From the human T2T-CHM13v2.0 reference genome, Homo sapiens, in the NCBI RefSeq assembly GCF_009914755.1, contig NC_060925.1: 64,000 nucleotides of DNA; one strand, written 5' to 3'. Under the pieces are notes generated by a model. The model was not told the DNA's origin. It saw only the letters and a program-made list of their open reading frames with translations, and did no database searches. Shown piece after piece: positions 1 to 17,310 of this stretch. Position numbers and translations under genes: made by a program. The stretch's first letter is position 1, and the number at the start of each line of letters is the position of its first letter.

Positions 1-5
1 CCTAA

Positions 6-342
<337 letters not shown>

Positions 343-447
343 TTCTTTTCTCTTTTTTATTCTTTTTTTCTTTGTCCTCTGACTGGATAATTTCAGAAGA
401 TCTATATTCAAGTTTACAGATTCTCTCTCCTGTTGAAGTTTACTATT

Positions 448-957
448 GTGTTATATCACCCAGTCTGGTCTTGAACTCCTGGGCTCAAGCGATCCTCCCA
501 CCTTGGCCTCCCAAAGTGCTGAGTTTACAAGCATGAGCCACTGCATCCAGTCAGTCCCAGCACTTTGGGAAGCTGAGGTGGGAGGATCACTTGAGCTCAG
601 GAGTTTGAGACCAGCCTGGGCAACATACCGAGAACTTGTCTCTATATTAAAAAAAAAAAAAAAGTCTTTGAGAGGCCAAAGCGGGAGGATCACCTGAGGT
701 CAGGAGTTCGAGACCAGCCTGGCCAACATGGCAAAACCCCATCTCTACTAAAAATACAAAAATTAGCCAGGTGTGGTGGCACACGCCTGTAGTGGTGGTG
801 CATGCCTGTAGTCCCAGCTACTCAAGAGGCTGAGGCAGGAGAATCACTTGAACTGGGAGATGGAGGTTGCAGTGAGCTGAGATCGCACCAGTGCACTCCA
901 GCCTGGGCAACAGAGTGAGACTCCATCTTATAAAAGGAAAAAAGAAAGAAAAGAAAA
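448..957. mobile_element. Alu cluster: minus monomer (~448-551), plus monomer (~555-663), plus 5'-truncated Alu (~665-957)
   Basis: Alu consensus motifs and A tails. Confidence 0.88.
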
Positions 958-1116
958 ATTCCATATCTGAGTGTTTACTCCTGAGTTTTTGAGATTGCTA
1001 TTAAGATCGTGCTCTACTGTGATGATTTGGGTTTGTTTGATAATCAGAAAAAAGCATATCCTTTTGGGTGTTCAGCCACACTGCTTTGGTGTCACAACTG
1101 CACATTGGTTTCACAG

Positions 1117-1299
1117 CTGCAGGACAAGTTCGAGCATCTTAAAATCATTCAACAGGAGGAGATAAGGAAGCTCGAGGAAGAGAAAAAACAACTGGTAGGA
1201 GAAATCATAGATTTTTATAAAATGAAAGCTGCCTCTGAAGCACTGCAGACTCAGCTGAGCACTGATACAAAGAAAGACAAACATCGTAAGAAGCAATAG
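1117..1299 (+). pseudogene. SEPTIN14 pseudogene fragment (duplicated last coding exon, non-processed)
   Basis: After acceptor ggtttcacag| it translates [60 protein letters not shown], matching the SEPTIN14 C-terminal coiled coil. No upstream septin exons in the window. The pseudogene number is not determinable from sequence. Confidence 0.85.
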
Positions 1300-1411
1300 T
1301 TTCTCTTACTATTCTGAGAGACTTATCATTCTACATCCCATGTTCCTGTGAGATTGTCTTTGTAGCATTTAACTCTAATTGCAGTTCTCATTTTAAAAAT
1401 TGGCTTGCTTA

Positions 1412-1750
<339 letters not shown>

Positions 1751-2279
1751 AGGGTGAAATTGAAGGCAGGTCCTGTGTCCATCTTTTCAGATTCTGTATC
1801 CCAGCACTTAGGACATAGACAAACACGAAGATGACAATCAATATTTGCCAAAATGAAAAAACAAAAGAAACATGTAATATCATGTAAAAGAAGCTGGTTA
1901 GGTGGAGAAATTTATTTACCATAGTCTTGCTTGTGGATCCAGTAGTGACTTTTACATTTTATATCTAAATAGAAGCTGGAGGCTTTGTTGGGGACTCATA
2001 GGCATAAAATATTATGTTATTTATTATAGAGTTAAATGCTACAAAGACAAATCTAATTAATAGGCCTATTTTCCTTTTTAAATTCTACTCATAATTTCTT
2101 CATAGTTTTTATGATAAAAGGTTGGATTTTGATTAGAACTCCCATGCTTTTGTGTCAGAATTAAAACTGGTATTAGAATAAATAATTCAAAAGCTAGAGA
2201 AAGAGTACAATGAGAAGCCATGAGTTGCATTTGAATTATAATATTATGTCTTACAGATTTGGGGTATATGCTAAAGTTA

Positions 2280-2610
<331 letters not shown>

Positions 2611-3299
2611 ACAATGACTTTTACACATGTTGTTAAATCATCTTACAGATTTTATAATTTGGGGGAAGAAAAGTTTTACTAAATGGTCTTTTAATGGAAA
2701 CTCTACAAGAACCAGAATCTTTGCTTTGTTCACTTATGTATCCATTCCTAGGCCTAGAAAAATGTCTGACACATAGCGGCAATTATTCATTGAATAAATG
2801 GACCCAGCGATAGTACATTAGCTGTGCTATATGCATACATTAAAGATGTAGATTATTGACTTTCAAAAGATAATTAATGTAACTTCTTACTGCTTCTGAA
2901 CATGTTTGTGAGTTATATTGCTGAGGGACCTTTATCTTCTCATTCTTTCATCTTAACCCAGTGTTATAAAATTGAAATCACCAATATTATTCCATATCTA
3001 AAATTAATATCTACCTTGTAAAAAATATCACTCTGCTGCATTTGAGAATAGACTTTTTAGGTAACAATGATGCAATCCATAGGGTTTTTTGGGGGCACAG
3101 AGGGATTCATGCTAACAGAACATTTTATTTTCTATTTTCCCAGAGCTGTAAAACATGAAATTAGGGTAGTATAAGGCATATTTTTACTCTTTTTATAATT
3201 TTTTCTAAAAAAAATTAGTGTTTGTTCCCTATATAACTTTTAACTTTATAGGTAAATATTTGTCTCTTTCAGCTCCAGTTTTATGTGAAATAGAGTTTT

Positions 3300-4290
3300 C
3301 AGATTTATGTAGCATGGAAAGTTTTAATACGTCAGAGTTACTGATTTTTGCCATTTTCTCAATTATTTCTTTTTTATCTTTAGTTGATTTTTTTGTAGTG
3401 ACACATTTTGTTTCTAGTCTCATTTCCTTTTGTTTATATTCTATGTATATTTCATTTTTGGTTACTATGAGAATTACATAAAACATCCTAGAGTTATAAC
3501 ATTTTAATTTGAATTTATTTCAACTTAAGTTCAATCACATACCAAAATTCTACTGCTATATATATAGCTCTACTCTTTTTATGTTATTGATGTAACAAAT
3601 TATGTCTTTATTCATTGTATACCAGCTAACAGATTTACAATTACATTTTATGCATTTGCCTTTTAAATTATGTAGAAAATAAAAAGCAGAGTTACAAACC
3701 AAAATTACAATAGGACTGTTTTTATGTTTGTTTATGTATTTACCTTTACCAGAGAGCTTTGTATATTCATACAGCTTGCTTATTTACTTATATAGTTATT
3801 GCCTAGAGTTCATTTATTTCAACCTGAAGGACTTAACACTTCTTGAATGGCAAATTCAGGGATAAATGGATTTTTTTCAGTTTTAAAAAAAAATCCGGAA
3901 ATGTCTTAATTTCTCCCTCATTTTTGAAGGATAAGTTTTCCAGCTATAGATTTCTCAATTGACAGGTTTCTTCATTATTTTAAATATATAATCCACTGCC
4001 TACTGGCCTTCAAGGTTTCTGCCGAGAAATCAGCTGCTAATGTTATCTGGATCCCTATCTGTGAGAGTTGCTCTTCTCTCTGAGTTTTCAACATTCTCCC
4101 ATTATCTTTTTTTGTTTGTTTTTGAGACAAATAATTGTACATATTCATGGGATACAGAGTGATATTTTGATACATGTATACAATGTCCAATGATCAAATA
4201 AGGATAATTAGCATATCCATCACCTCAAATATTTGTCATTTATTTGTATTGTGAACAGTCAACATTCTTTCTTCTAGTTTTTTAAATTTA
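3300..4290 (-). mobile_element. Old L1 fragments (ORF1 remnant plus L1MA-type 3' end)
   Basis: Minus ORF 3975-4190 contains ITLAADFSAETLKASRQW (L1 ORF1-like); 4130-4280 resembles an L1MA 3' UTR. Confidence 0.7.
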
Positions 4291-5483
4291 TAAACATTTA
4301 AATTTTATTATAGAAATTTAAATTTTTTGATTCTGAAAAAGTCATATATGTATGCAACATCTTTTTATCATTTATTTGTATATTTATGCATCTTTCCTTT
4401 TAGTTTTGACAGAGATTTTCTATTTTATCATTATTTCAAAAGAACTCTTACCTGTATTTATTTATCAATTATATTTCCCTTGTTTTTTCCTAGTATATTA
4501 ATTTATTTACTTATCTTCTAAAAATCCTCCATATAATCTGTTTATTTTGTTTCCTTTCTATAATTTCTTCAATGATTAGTTCTGTTCTATTTTCCATTAA
4601 AATATTTAAATCTCGTATGAATTTTTGTCAGATTAGAAATTTAGGGCATTTCTTAATTTCTCTATATTCTAGCTTTTGACTTTTTTTTTTTCTGACCTAA
4701 GAGGTATTTAGGGCACATTTTAGATTTTTTATTTTGACTAATCATTTAAAATGTATACTAATCTTCAATTTAAATAAAAAACTGGTCTATAGTGACAAAA
4801 ATTACAAATGAGCCTAACTAATAAATTATCAGCTGTGTTTATATGTATAAGCATGCACAGATTTTGGTAAATATGTACATAGTATATTGGTGAGCTTATT
4901 TTTATCATTCTTAACTCGTTGTGTAGTCTAAACGCTGGGGAAAAAATAAAATACAATAATCAGATGGTGTGAATAGGAAAATAGTTCTAATGTTTGTAAA
5001 CCAAGCAACTGTTTTAACTGCTCCCCTCTTCCTGATTGACTTCTAAAAGGGATTAATCCATATTGGGTCCTATCATATATGTCACGGTATAACATCTCCA
5101 GCTATAAAATGGAAATTTGAGAATAACTTTGCTGCTACTCGGATACATTTTATTTCAAAAACATACACTAAGGTGTTGCTGTTGGATCTTTCCAAAAACA
5201 TATTCACACAGAACTTTCAATCACACTGAGCCATATTTGAACAATCTTTCAAGGTCAGCTCTGGCATAAGCTAACATTATACCATTTAACTCAGAAATTT
5301 CTTTAGTATTTGATTAATGGGTTTATGTTTGATATGTAATGTAATTTTCTAATGCTAAATCAAGTGGTAATTTTGTTAGTCAAGTTGATTTAGTGGCTTG
5401 GGAAGAAAGCTTTTAATGTTCCCCTAATTTTTCTTACCTTTGACATGATCCTTCACATGTCTTATTTTGCTTAGTGATTTTTC

Positions 5484-5773
5484 TTTTTTTTTTTTGAGAC
5501 AGGGTCTTACTCTACCACCCAGGCTTGAGTGCAGTGGTGCGATCACAGCTCATTGCAGCCTTGACCTCCCAGACTCAAGCTATTCTTCCACCTCAGCCTC
5601 CCAAGTAGCTGGTACTACAGGCACATGCCACCAAACTTGGCTAATTTTTGTATTTTTTGTAGAGACGGAGTTTTGCCAAATTCTCAGGCTGGTCTGGAAT
5701 TTCTGGGCTCAAGTAATCCTGCCTTGGCCTCCCAACATGCTGATATTACAGACATAAGCCACAGTACCTGGCC
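5484..5773 (-). mobile_element. Alu (AluJ-like)
   Basis: Poly-T and diverged Alu dimer. Confidence 0.92.
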
Positions 5774-5939
5774 AGTTTTCTTTTTTAAAAAATCTATTGG
5801 TTATTAATTTGAAGCCTTCCTTTTCATAGCTGTGCTCCTTAATTGGGAGCAAACATGAATGGACTACAACTTAGCCAATTTTTTATATACAATCTTTGCC
5901 ATCCTAATTTAAAGGAATATTAATTCTTTCTTTTCCTCT

Positions 5940-6700
5940 TTCATTCCACAAACCTGTATTGACTACATCTAAGTTCTAAATGGTGCACTGGATGTTGAAA
6001 AAGTTGATGATGAGCAACAACAAAATTCCTCCTTTCAGGAGACTTACAGTTCAATATGGGAAATATAATTTGTTAAAATATAAAAGTGCAATTGTGTTAC
6101 ATGCTGTACGAAGTACATGTTGACATGTGAGCATATAATAAATGGGCTGGAGGCCAGAGGATTGCCAAAGAGAATGGGCCTCCTGCTGAGACGAAAAGTT
6201 GAGCAGGGATTAGTTGGCGAAAGTGGAGGGACGATCCTTTCTAGGCAGGAGGAAGAACATGTACAGAATCTCTGAGGTGTGATGCAACAAAGTCTATATA
6301 AAAAACTGAAGAAAGGTCTAATGTGGCTTAAATACAGAAGCTAGTAGGAGAGGAGTTGAAAAGAGGCTGGAGAAGTAGAAAGTGTCTGCATTCTGCAGGA
6401 ACTTATATTGTATAAAAAGAATTTCTCTTTATTCTAAGTGCAATGTGAAGCCAATGAAGTGCTTTAAACAGGTGATGTGATTTGATTGAATTTATTACTT
6501 CACTTAACAAATATTCATTACATGCCCACTGTTTGTCAGATATTGCTGTAGCCCCTGGTGATACAGTAGGGAATAAAACAGGCAAAAATCCCTGTCCTCT
6601 TGCAGCTTATAATGGACTGCAATGTTTAATATGTCAGAGGAGGTCCACGGAGGAGTGACTTCTAAGCAAGAATCTGAAAAAAATGAGGATATCTAAGGAG
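5940..6700 (-). mobile_element. L2 fragments
   Basis: L2 3'-end signatures (cattccacaaacctgtattgactac; cacttaacaaatattcattacatgcccactgtttgtcag). Confidence 0.55.
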
Positions 6701-6848
6701 GGAACAAATGGTTCAAAAGCCCTATAATTGCAAGCAGGCGTGATGAAGCAATTGTAGTTTTCCTGACTCTCAACACCATGGAACTCAAAGGAGATGGAAA
6801 GATTCTTTCTCTCCCTCATATATTTTCTCCCTTTCTGTCTATATATAT

Positions 6849-6975
6849 AGAATATGAGACATTTCCCTAATCATTATGCGTAATTACAATTACATATATA
6901 TATGTATGTAATATATAAACATATATATATGTAATTGTAATTACACATAATGATTAGGGAAATGTCTCATATTCT
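6849..6975. repeat. AT-rich inverted repeat, 57-bp arms, 13-nt loop
   Basis: 6849-6905 is the reverse complement of 6919-6975 with one mismatch (6879 C / 6945 A). Confidence 0.95.
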
Positions 6976-7411
6976 TCTACTCAGAAATAAGCAATATAGC
7001 AATTACTTGCTATATATATATATGTAGCAAGGTGAACTCACATCCTGCAGATGCCTAGGGCAGAAGATTATAGTTGAGACCTACAATAAAACACTTAAGA
7101 CCCAGTAGTAAAAGCTGGTGAGGGTTTATTTGGGAAATCAGGGCATTCAAAAGCACCCATGTGTACAAGGGGATTTAGAAGGCCACATGCATGCCCAGGG
7201 CAAGATGCATCCTCAGAAAACACCTGAGGAGATCCTAAGCTTCCACTTTGGGCTGATCCCTAAGCTAAGTGCAGGCTTGGGTAAGTGTTGAAGGAGTGCC
7301 TGGCACAGAGTCAATCTGCAAAGTCTGGGAGTGGTTATTTGGTTCCTGCTATTTGTTTGTTTGTTTTTAGTTCCTGATATTGAAGGGAATCTCTGTCAAA
7401 ACACAAGCTGA

Positions 7412-7715
<304 letters not shown>

Positions 7716-10700
7716 AAAACACAAGCTGAACACAGGCTATGGACAAAATGTCAGTGATTGAATATGGCAAGGAATACAGTCTTTGCAAAAAATAGTTTGG
7801 GAAAGTCATTATAGAAATTATCTGCTACAGCCTTCAACAATCAAAAATCCAGCAAACACTGGGAAAAGGGGTAATCTGATTTCCAAAGTTATCACATTAT
7901 AATATTTAAATGTCTAGTTTTCAAAATAATTACACAGCATAAAAAGAAACATGAAAGTATGGCCTATTCAAAGGAACAAAATAGATCAAAACTGTCCCTA
8001 AGGAGCCCAGGCATTGGACGATTGGATAAAGACTAAAACAATGATCTTAAATATGCCCAAACAGCTAAAGACAATGAAAATCAGGAAAACCATGTATGAC
8101 AAAATAAGACTCTCAGTAAGAGATAAGAATTATAAAATGAGACCAAACCAAATTTTTGGCATAAAAGGTGGGATAACTGAAATGAAAATTTCACTAGAGG
8201 GGCTCAATAGCAAATTTCAGCAGGCAGGAGAGTCTGCAAACCTGAAGGTAAGACAACTGAAATTATTACGTCTCAGGAATAGAAAGAAAAAAGAACAAAT
8301 AAAAGTAAAGAGAGTCTAAGAGCTGTATGAGACACCATCAAGTGGACCGATATACACAGTTAGAGATTCACAGAAGACAGAAAGAGGTAGAAAGAATAGT
8401 TGAAGAAATAATGGCTGAAAACTTCCCAAATCTGAGGAAAGACATGAATATACTTGTCCAAAAAGCTCAATGAACTTCAAGCAGGATAAACTTAAAGACA
8501 CCCACACCAAGACAAATTATAACCAAATTGTTGAAGGAAAAAGACAAAAAGAAAAATTTGAAGGCAACAATATGAAAACATCTCATGCACAAGGGATTCT
8601 CAGTAAGATTAACATCTGATTTCTCATCAGAAAAATAAATGATGCCAGAAGGCAATAGGATAACATATTTAAATCTTGAAAGAAAAAAGCCCTGTCAACT
8701 AAGAATTCTATATTTAACAAAAATTTCTCTTTATTCTCATTTGAGAATAAAAGATAAATTAAGACATTTCTAGAAAAACAGAAGCTGAGGGAGTTTATTA
8801 TCAGAAGATTGTTCCTACAAAAAATGCTAAAGGGAGTTCTTCAGGCTGAAAGGAAAGGACATTAGACAAAATCAAAGCCATAAGAAAAAATAAAGAACAC
8901 TGGTAAAGGTAATTACATAGGTAAATATATAGGCCACCACTAATGTACTTTTGGTATGGTTTGTAACATCTTTATTTTTCTATATGATATAATAGGCATA
9001 CACATAAAATAATATCTATGTATCTAACTTAATTGGCATATAATGTATAAAGATGTAATCTGTGACAAATAATAATATAAATGGGGAGGCACAGAGATGT
9101 ATAGAAGCAGAGTAGTGTATAGAAGACAGAATTGAAACTAAGTTGGTATTATTCAAACCAGGTTGAAAGTGGTTACCTTGGGGTAACCACTAAGAAAATA
9201 ACTTTAAAATACACAGAAAAGGAAAGAAGGGAATCAAAATTGTACATTACAAAAAATCAACTAAATATAAAAGAGGTAGTAATTGGGGAGCAAAAAATTA
9301 TATAACATATAGAAAACAAATAAATGGCAGAAGTAAATCCTTTTATCAGTAATCACATTAAAGGTAAATTAACTAAAATCTCTAAGAAAGCAGATTGGCA
9401 TATTGAATTTTAAAAGTCAACGTGCATCTATATGCTGTCTACAAGCGGCTCACTTTACATAGAAGGATGCAAAGAGGTTTAATATAAAATAATAGAAAAA
9501 GACTTTCTATGTAAATAGTAATGAAAAAGAGCTGGGATGGCTATATTATTGTCAGAAAAATATACTTTACAAGAGACAAGGAAGAACAATATATAGAGAG
9601 GAAAGTCTTCATACAGCAAGACATTATGGCTATAAACATATAAACACCTAACAGACACAAAAAATTTATAAAGTAAACATTGACGGAATTGAAGGGACGA
9701 ACGGTTCTACAACAGTAGTTGTAAACTTCAATATCCCACCTCAATAATGGATAGAAAAACCAGACAGAAGAACATTCAGAAAATAGAGGATTTAGAAAAT
9801 ACTATAAACCAATTAAACCTAAAAAAACATATAGAGCATACCACCAAACAACTATAGAATGCACATTATTTTCAACGGCACATAGAACATTCTCCAGGAT
9901 AAATCACATGTTAAGCCACAAAACAATTCTTAATAAATGTTAAGAGATTGAAATAATCTGAAGTATTTTTCTGATCAGAATGGAATGAAACTAGAAATCA
10001 ATACCAGAAGGAAAACTGAACATTTTAGAAATATGTGTAAATTAAACAAAACACCCTTAAACAACCAAGGGTCAAAGAAGAAACCACAAAGGAAATTAGA
10101 AAATAACCTTGAGACACATGAAAATAAAAAAGAAACATACCAAAACTTCTGGGATACCATGGAAACAGTGGTAATAGAGAAATGCATAGCTGTAAACACC
10201 TACATTAAAATAGAAAAAATATTTCAAATCAATAATTGTACACCTTAAAAATTAGGGGAAAAAAGAGCAAACTAAACCCAAAGCTTCCATCCAAGAGAAT
10301 GGAAATAATAAAAATCAGATCAAAGATAAATGAAAAAGAAAATAAAAACACAATAGAAAAAAATCAATAAAACCAAAAGTTATTTCTTTGAAAAGGCCAG
10401 CAAAAAATGACAAATCTTTCAATAGAACAGCCAAGAAAGAGAGACACAAGACTCAAGTTAATAACATCAGAAATGAAAGTGGGGACATTACTACTGATTT
10501 TACAGAAATAAAAAAAATGACTAAATGCCATGAACAATTGTATACTAACAAATTGAATAGCCTAACTAAAATGGATATTTCTAAAACACAAAATGTGTTA
10601 AAACTGACCCATAAAGAAACAGAAAAATTGGAACAGACCTATAACCAGTAAGGAGATCTAATTAGTAATAAAATCAAGGCCAGGTGACCTCACTGGAGAA

Positions 10701-10724
10701 TTCTACCAAACATTTACAAAAAAG

Positions 10725-11046
<322 letters not shown>

Positions 11047-11502
11047 TCAAACTCATCCAAAAAATTGAAGAGGAGGGAGCGCTTCCTGACTCATTCATTG
11101 AGACCAGCATTACCCTGATACCAACACCAAAGTACAAGAAAACCATAGACCAATATCCCTTATGAATGTTGATGCAAAAACCCTCAAAAAATAAAAGCAC
11201 AATGAATTGAGTAGCATAGTAGAAAGATTATATATCTGACCAAGTAGGATTTATTCCTAGAATGCAATAATGGGTCAACATACAAAAAACAATCAATAGA
11301 ATACACCATATCAACAGAATGAAGGGGGAAAAAACATGACTATTTCAATTGATTAAAAAATGATTAGAAAAATCATTTGACAAAGTCAAACACCCTTTCA
11401 TGATTTAAAAAAAAAAAAACACTCAACAACCCAGAAATAGAAGGAAACTTTCTCTAGTTAAAGGCCATATATAAAAACCCCACAGCTAGCGTCATATAAT
11501 CA

Positions 11503-11929
<427 letters not shown>

Positions 11930-12076
11930 GAAGTTAAAAACACAATGGAAAGGAAGAAGTAAAATTATCTCTGTTCACAGAGGATATGATCTTATACAGA
12001 AGAAATCCTAAATGATCCACAAAGAAACTGTTAGAGATAATAAAGAAACTCAGCCAAGTTGCAGGATACAAAATCA

Positions 12077-12484
<408 letters not shown>

Positions 12485-13353
12485 CTACAGTTATCAAAAC
12501 AGTATGGTACAGGCATAAAGACAAACATATAGAACAATGAAACAGAATAGAGAGCCCATAAATAAACTCTCATGTACACAGCCAAATGATCTCCAACAAG
12601 ACTGTCAAATCCATACACTAGAGAAACAATGCACTCTTCGATAAATGGTGTTGGGAAAAATGGAGATGCACATGCAAAAGAATGAAGTTGGACTCTAAGT
12701 TTACACCATAAACAAAAATTAACTCAAAATGGATTAGAGACCTAAACTTAAGACCTGAATCTATAAAATTTCAGAAGAAAATGTAGAAAATTTGACATTG
12801 GATTTTGCAATGGTTTCTTGAATATGACACCAAAAACACAGGCAACAAAGGCAAAAATAGACAAATGGGACTAGATCAGACTTTAAAACTTCTGCACAGC
12901 AAAGGAGACAATCAACAGAGAAGACAACTTACAACATGAAGAATGGGAGAGAATACTTGTAACACATATATTTTGATAAAGATTAATATCAACAATATAT
13001 CTAAAAACTCTTACAACTCTTCAACAACAAGCACAACCAAATAACTTGACTAAAAAATGGGCAAAGGACTTGAATAGATGATTCTCAAAAGAAGACATAC
13101 AAATGGCCAATAGGCACATGGAAATATGCTCAACATCCTAATCATAGGGAAATGCACATCGAGACCAATGAGATACCATCTCACACTCCTTAGGATGGCC
13201 ACTATAAAGAAAACAAAAACAGAAAACATCAAGTGTTGGCAAAGATGTGGAGAAATTGGAACCTTTATGCACTGTTGGTGGGCACGTAAAATGACACAGT
13301 TGCTATAGAAAATAGTATGGAGGTTTTCTGCAAGATTAAACATAGAATTACTG

Positions 13354-13849
<496 letters not shown>

Positions 13850-13993
13850 ATAGAATTACCATATTATCCCTCAATCCCACTCTGGGTATAGATCCAGAGA
13901 ACTGAAAACAGGATTTTGAAGAGATATTTGCACATCCATGTCCATTGCAGCATTAATTACGGTAGCCAAGGGGTGGAAGCAACCTAAATATCA

Positions 13994-14428
<435 letters not shown>

Positions 14429-14525
14429 TTATATATACGCATATATAAAAATGTGATGTGTGTATATATATATATGTATATATAAATGTAATATATATTA
14501 TGTATATATATGAATGAGATATATA

Positions 14526-14790
14526 CAGTTGGCCCCTCAACAACATGGATCTGAACTGCATGAGTCACTTACACTCAGATTTTCTTCTGCCTCTGCCACC
14601 CCTGAGACACCAAGACCAAGCCCTCTCTTCCTCCTCCTCCTTACTATATTGTAAGAATACAGTATATAATACATATACAAAATATGTGTTAACTGACTGT
14701 TTGTGTTATTGGCAAGGCTTCTGTAGTTAAATTTGGGGGAGTCAGAAGTTATACATGGATTTTCAACCATGCAAGGGTTGGCATGCCCTC
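14526..14790. mobile_element. Tigger2a/MER28-like DNA transposon, internally deleted
   Basis: TA|CAGTTGGCCCCTCAACAACATGG terminal repeat and characteristic ctctgccacccctgagaca...agttaaatttgggggagtcagaagttatac body. Confidence 0.75.
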
Positions 14791-15055
14791 GGTTAGTATG
14801 GTCACTATGAAGAAAACAAAAATAGAAAACAGCAAGTGTTGACTGCAGAATGAAAAGGCACCCTACAAAATGGAAGAAAATACTTGCAAATTATATATCT
14901 GCTATGGGATTAATATCCAGAATATATAAATAACTCCTACAACTCAACAACAAAAAACCAATTTAAAAATCAGCAAAGGACTTGAACAGACATTTTTCCA
15001 AAGAAGATACATAAATGGCCAATAAGCCACACTGGAGGAGGTTGAAGAGACATGA

Positions 15056-15397
<342 letters not shown>

Positions 15398-16585
15398 CAA
15401 GACACTCTTTCTAAACAAGGCTTTTTGGGACAACTGGTCACCCTTGAACTGCTGTGACAATTAGACAGCAGTAATAGGTCAAGGTAGTGTCTTGATTTCA
15501 ATGGTTGTTATTGTAAGTATCAAAGTTCCCAAGACCCTGCCTTGTGGGAACCCACCCATCCCTCAGTAGGAACCTAACCTCCCACCCAGGCCCTGAGCAT
15601 TCACTCATTCCTTGGTCCTTTGACTCAGAGACCAGGCTGCTCAAAGATTAGACAGTCAGGTGGAGGGGTGGGGACAGTTGTTCTCATGCCATTGGTGAGG
15701 TTTCTTTCTGAATGTCAGTTTAATGATATGTAGTAAAATCTTCAATGTGCATGACACCTTGGGGCCAACTGTCCCACTTTTGAGGAATTTGTCCTAAGAA
15801 GGCCTTCAGGGAAGGAAGAACACAGCTGCCTGTTAGCAGCCCCAGGACTCATTTGACAAGCCCTCCCTGAGGAATGAGATTCTCCCCGCCCTGTAGTGTC
15901 TCTCCCCCGGAGGCATTCTCCACCATCTCTGTCTACAGGCTTGTAAAAGCAGAGTCACCCCGGAGGGGAGGAGGCAGATGGGGAGATGGACCAGATAGGA
16001 CAAAAATGTCCAGAGCGTATCCTTGCATGTGAACACAAGATGGGATTCTCCTTGTGTTTGTCTTCTCTGGAAAGGGCCAAAATGGGTACCTAGAGAAGAG
16101 GGAAAGCCCTGCAAGAAAGGGAGGGAGCAGAGACAAAAAGCAAGATAGAATCAGAGAACATGCAGAGAGGTGGGGGGGACAGGCCAGCCGGCCAGGATGG
16201 AGGGTCTGGAGGCACAGGGGGCTCCAGTCCAGGCCCCATCACTATGTGCTATGTTTGGATGCAAGTCCGTAGTCTCTCTGGACTGGTTTGCCCACCAGTG
16301 AGATGTGAGGCTGGGCGTTTGGGCTGGAATTCTGGGATTTTCTATTCCATGGCACTGCCTAGGACAGAGTAAGACCCTGGAGGCTGGAAGTGTGGAATTA
16401 GTGTCTATTTTTCCAATGTCACAATGGCTCCCCTTGAGTTTATGATGGTCTGAAAACTGTGCTATTTTCTGAGTCAAGATCTGACAGAACTGGGCTAGAA
16501 GAGGGGGCTCTTTGGAGACCAAAGCCCAGCTAAGCATCTGCCGTACTGCAGTGAAGGGTAACTGCTAACTCTGCTGCAAAACCCT

Positions 16586-17006
16586 GAATCTTGGTCCATT
16601 TGCTGTTGCTTATGACAGCATGCCTGAAACTGGGTAATTTATTAAAAAAACAAAATTTATTTCTTATAGTTTTGGAGGATGGGAAGTCCAAGACCAAGGG
16701 GGTGCATCTGGTGAGGGCCTTCTTGCTGGTGGGAACTCTCTGCAGGGTGCTAAGGAAGTAGTGGACATCCCATGGGGAGGGTGCTGAGCATGCTAGCTCA
16801 GGTCTCTCTTCCTCTTCTTATAAAGCCATCAGTCCCACTTCCATGATGACCCATTAATCCACTGATCCATGAATTGATTAATCCATTCACAAGGGCAAGA
16901 CCCTCTGACTCAATCACCTCTCAAAGGCTCCACCTCTCAATACTGCCACATCAGGGATTACATTTCAATATGAGTTTTGGAGGAGACAAATGTTCAAATC
17001 ATAGCA
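16586..17006 (-). mobile_element. MaLR solo LTR (MSTD/MSTC-like)
   Basis: ctgggtaatttatt...ccacctctcaatactgccacatcagggattacatttcaatatgagttttggaggagacaaatgttcaaatcatagca signature. Confidence 0.8.
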
Positions 17007-17184
17007 CCCAGCTTGAACTAGGAAAACGTAAGCCCACCTTGGACAGGTGATAGACAGGTGAGCTCTCCACTGTGGTTTTCCAGGCTGACCAGAGCCAGCT
17101 GAGCTCACACATGTCCTGACTGCAGAGAGGGCAGAGCTCATTTCCCAAAGGAAGAGCAGAGACTTCTCATCCCAGGCTCTCTAC

Positions 17185-17310
17185 CAGCTGCACTAGAGAT
17201 TGAGCCATCCATGGCAGTAGCCACCAGCCATGCGTGGCTACCTACATTTAAGTTGAAATTCATTAAACTTAAAATTCAATACTAAGTTCCTCAGTTGCAT
17301 TAGCCACACT
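17185..17310. mobile_element. MER33/MER3-like hAT-Charlie fragment
   Basis: gtagccaccagccatgcgtggctac...aagttcctcagttgcattagccacac. Confidence 0.55.

Noticed and set aside
6849-6975. Hairpin as a pre-miRNA or ncRNA gene
   Set aside because: Very AT-rich near-perfect DNA palindrome longer than a typical pre-miRNA, with no known-miRNA match recognised; kept only as a structural finding.
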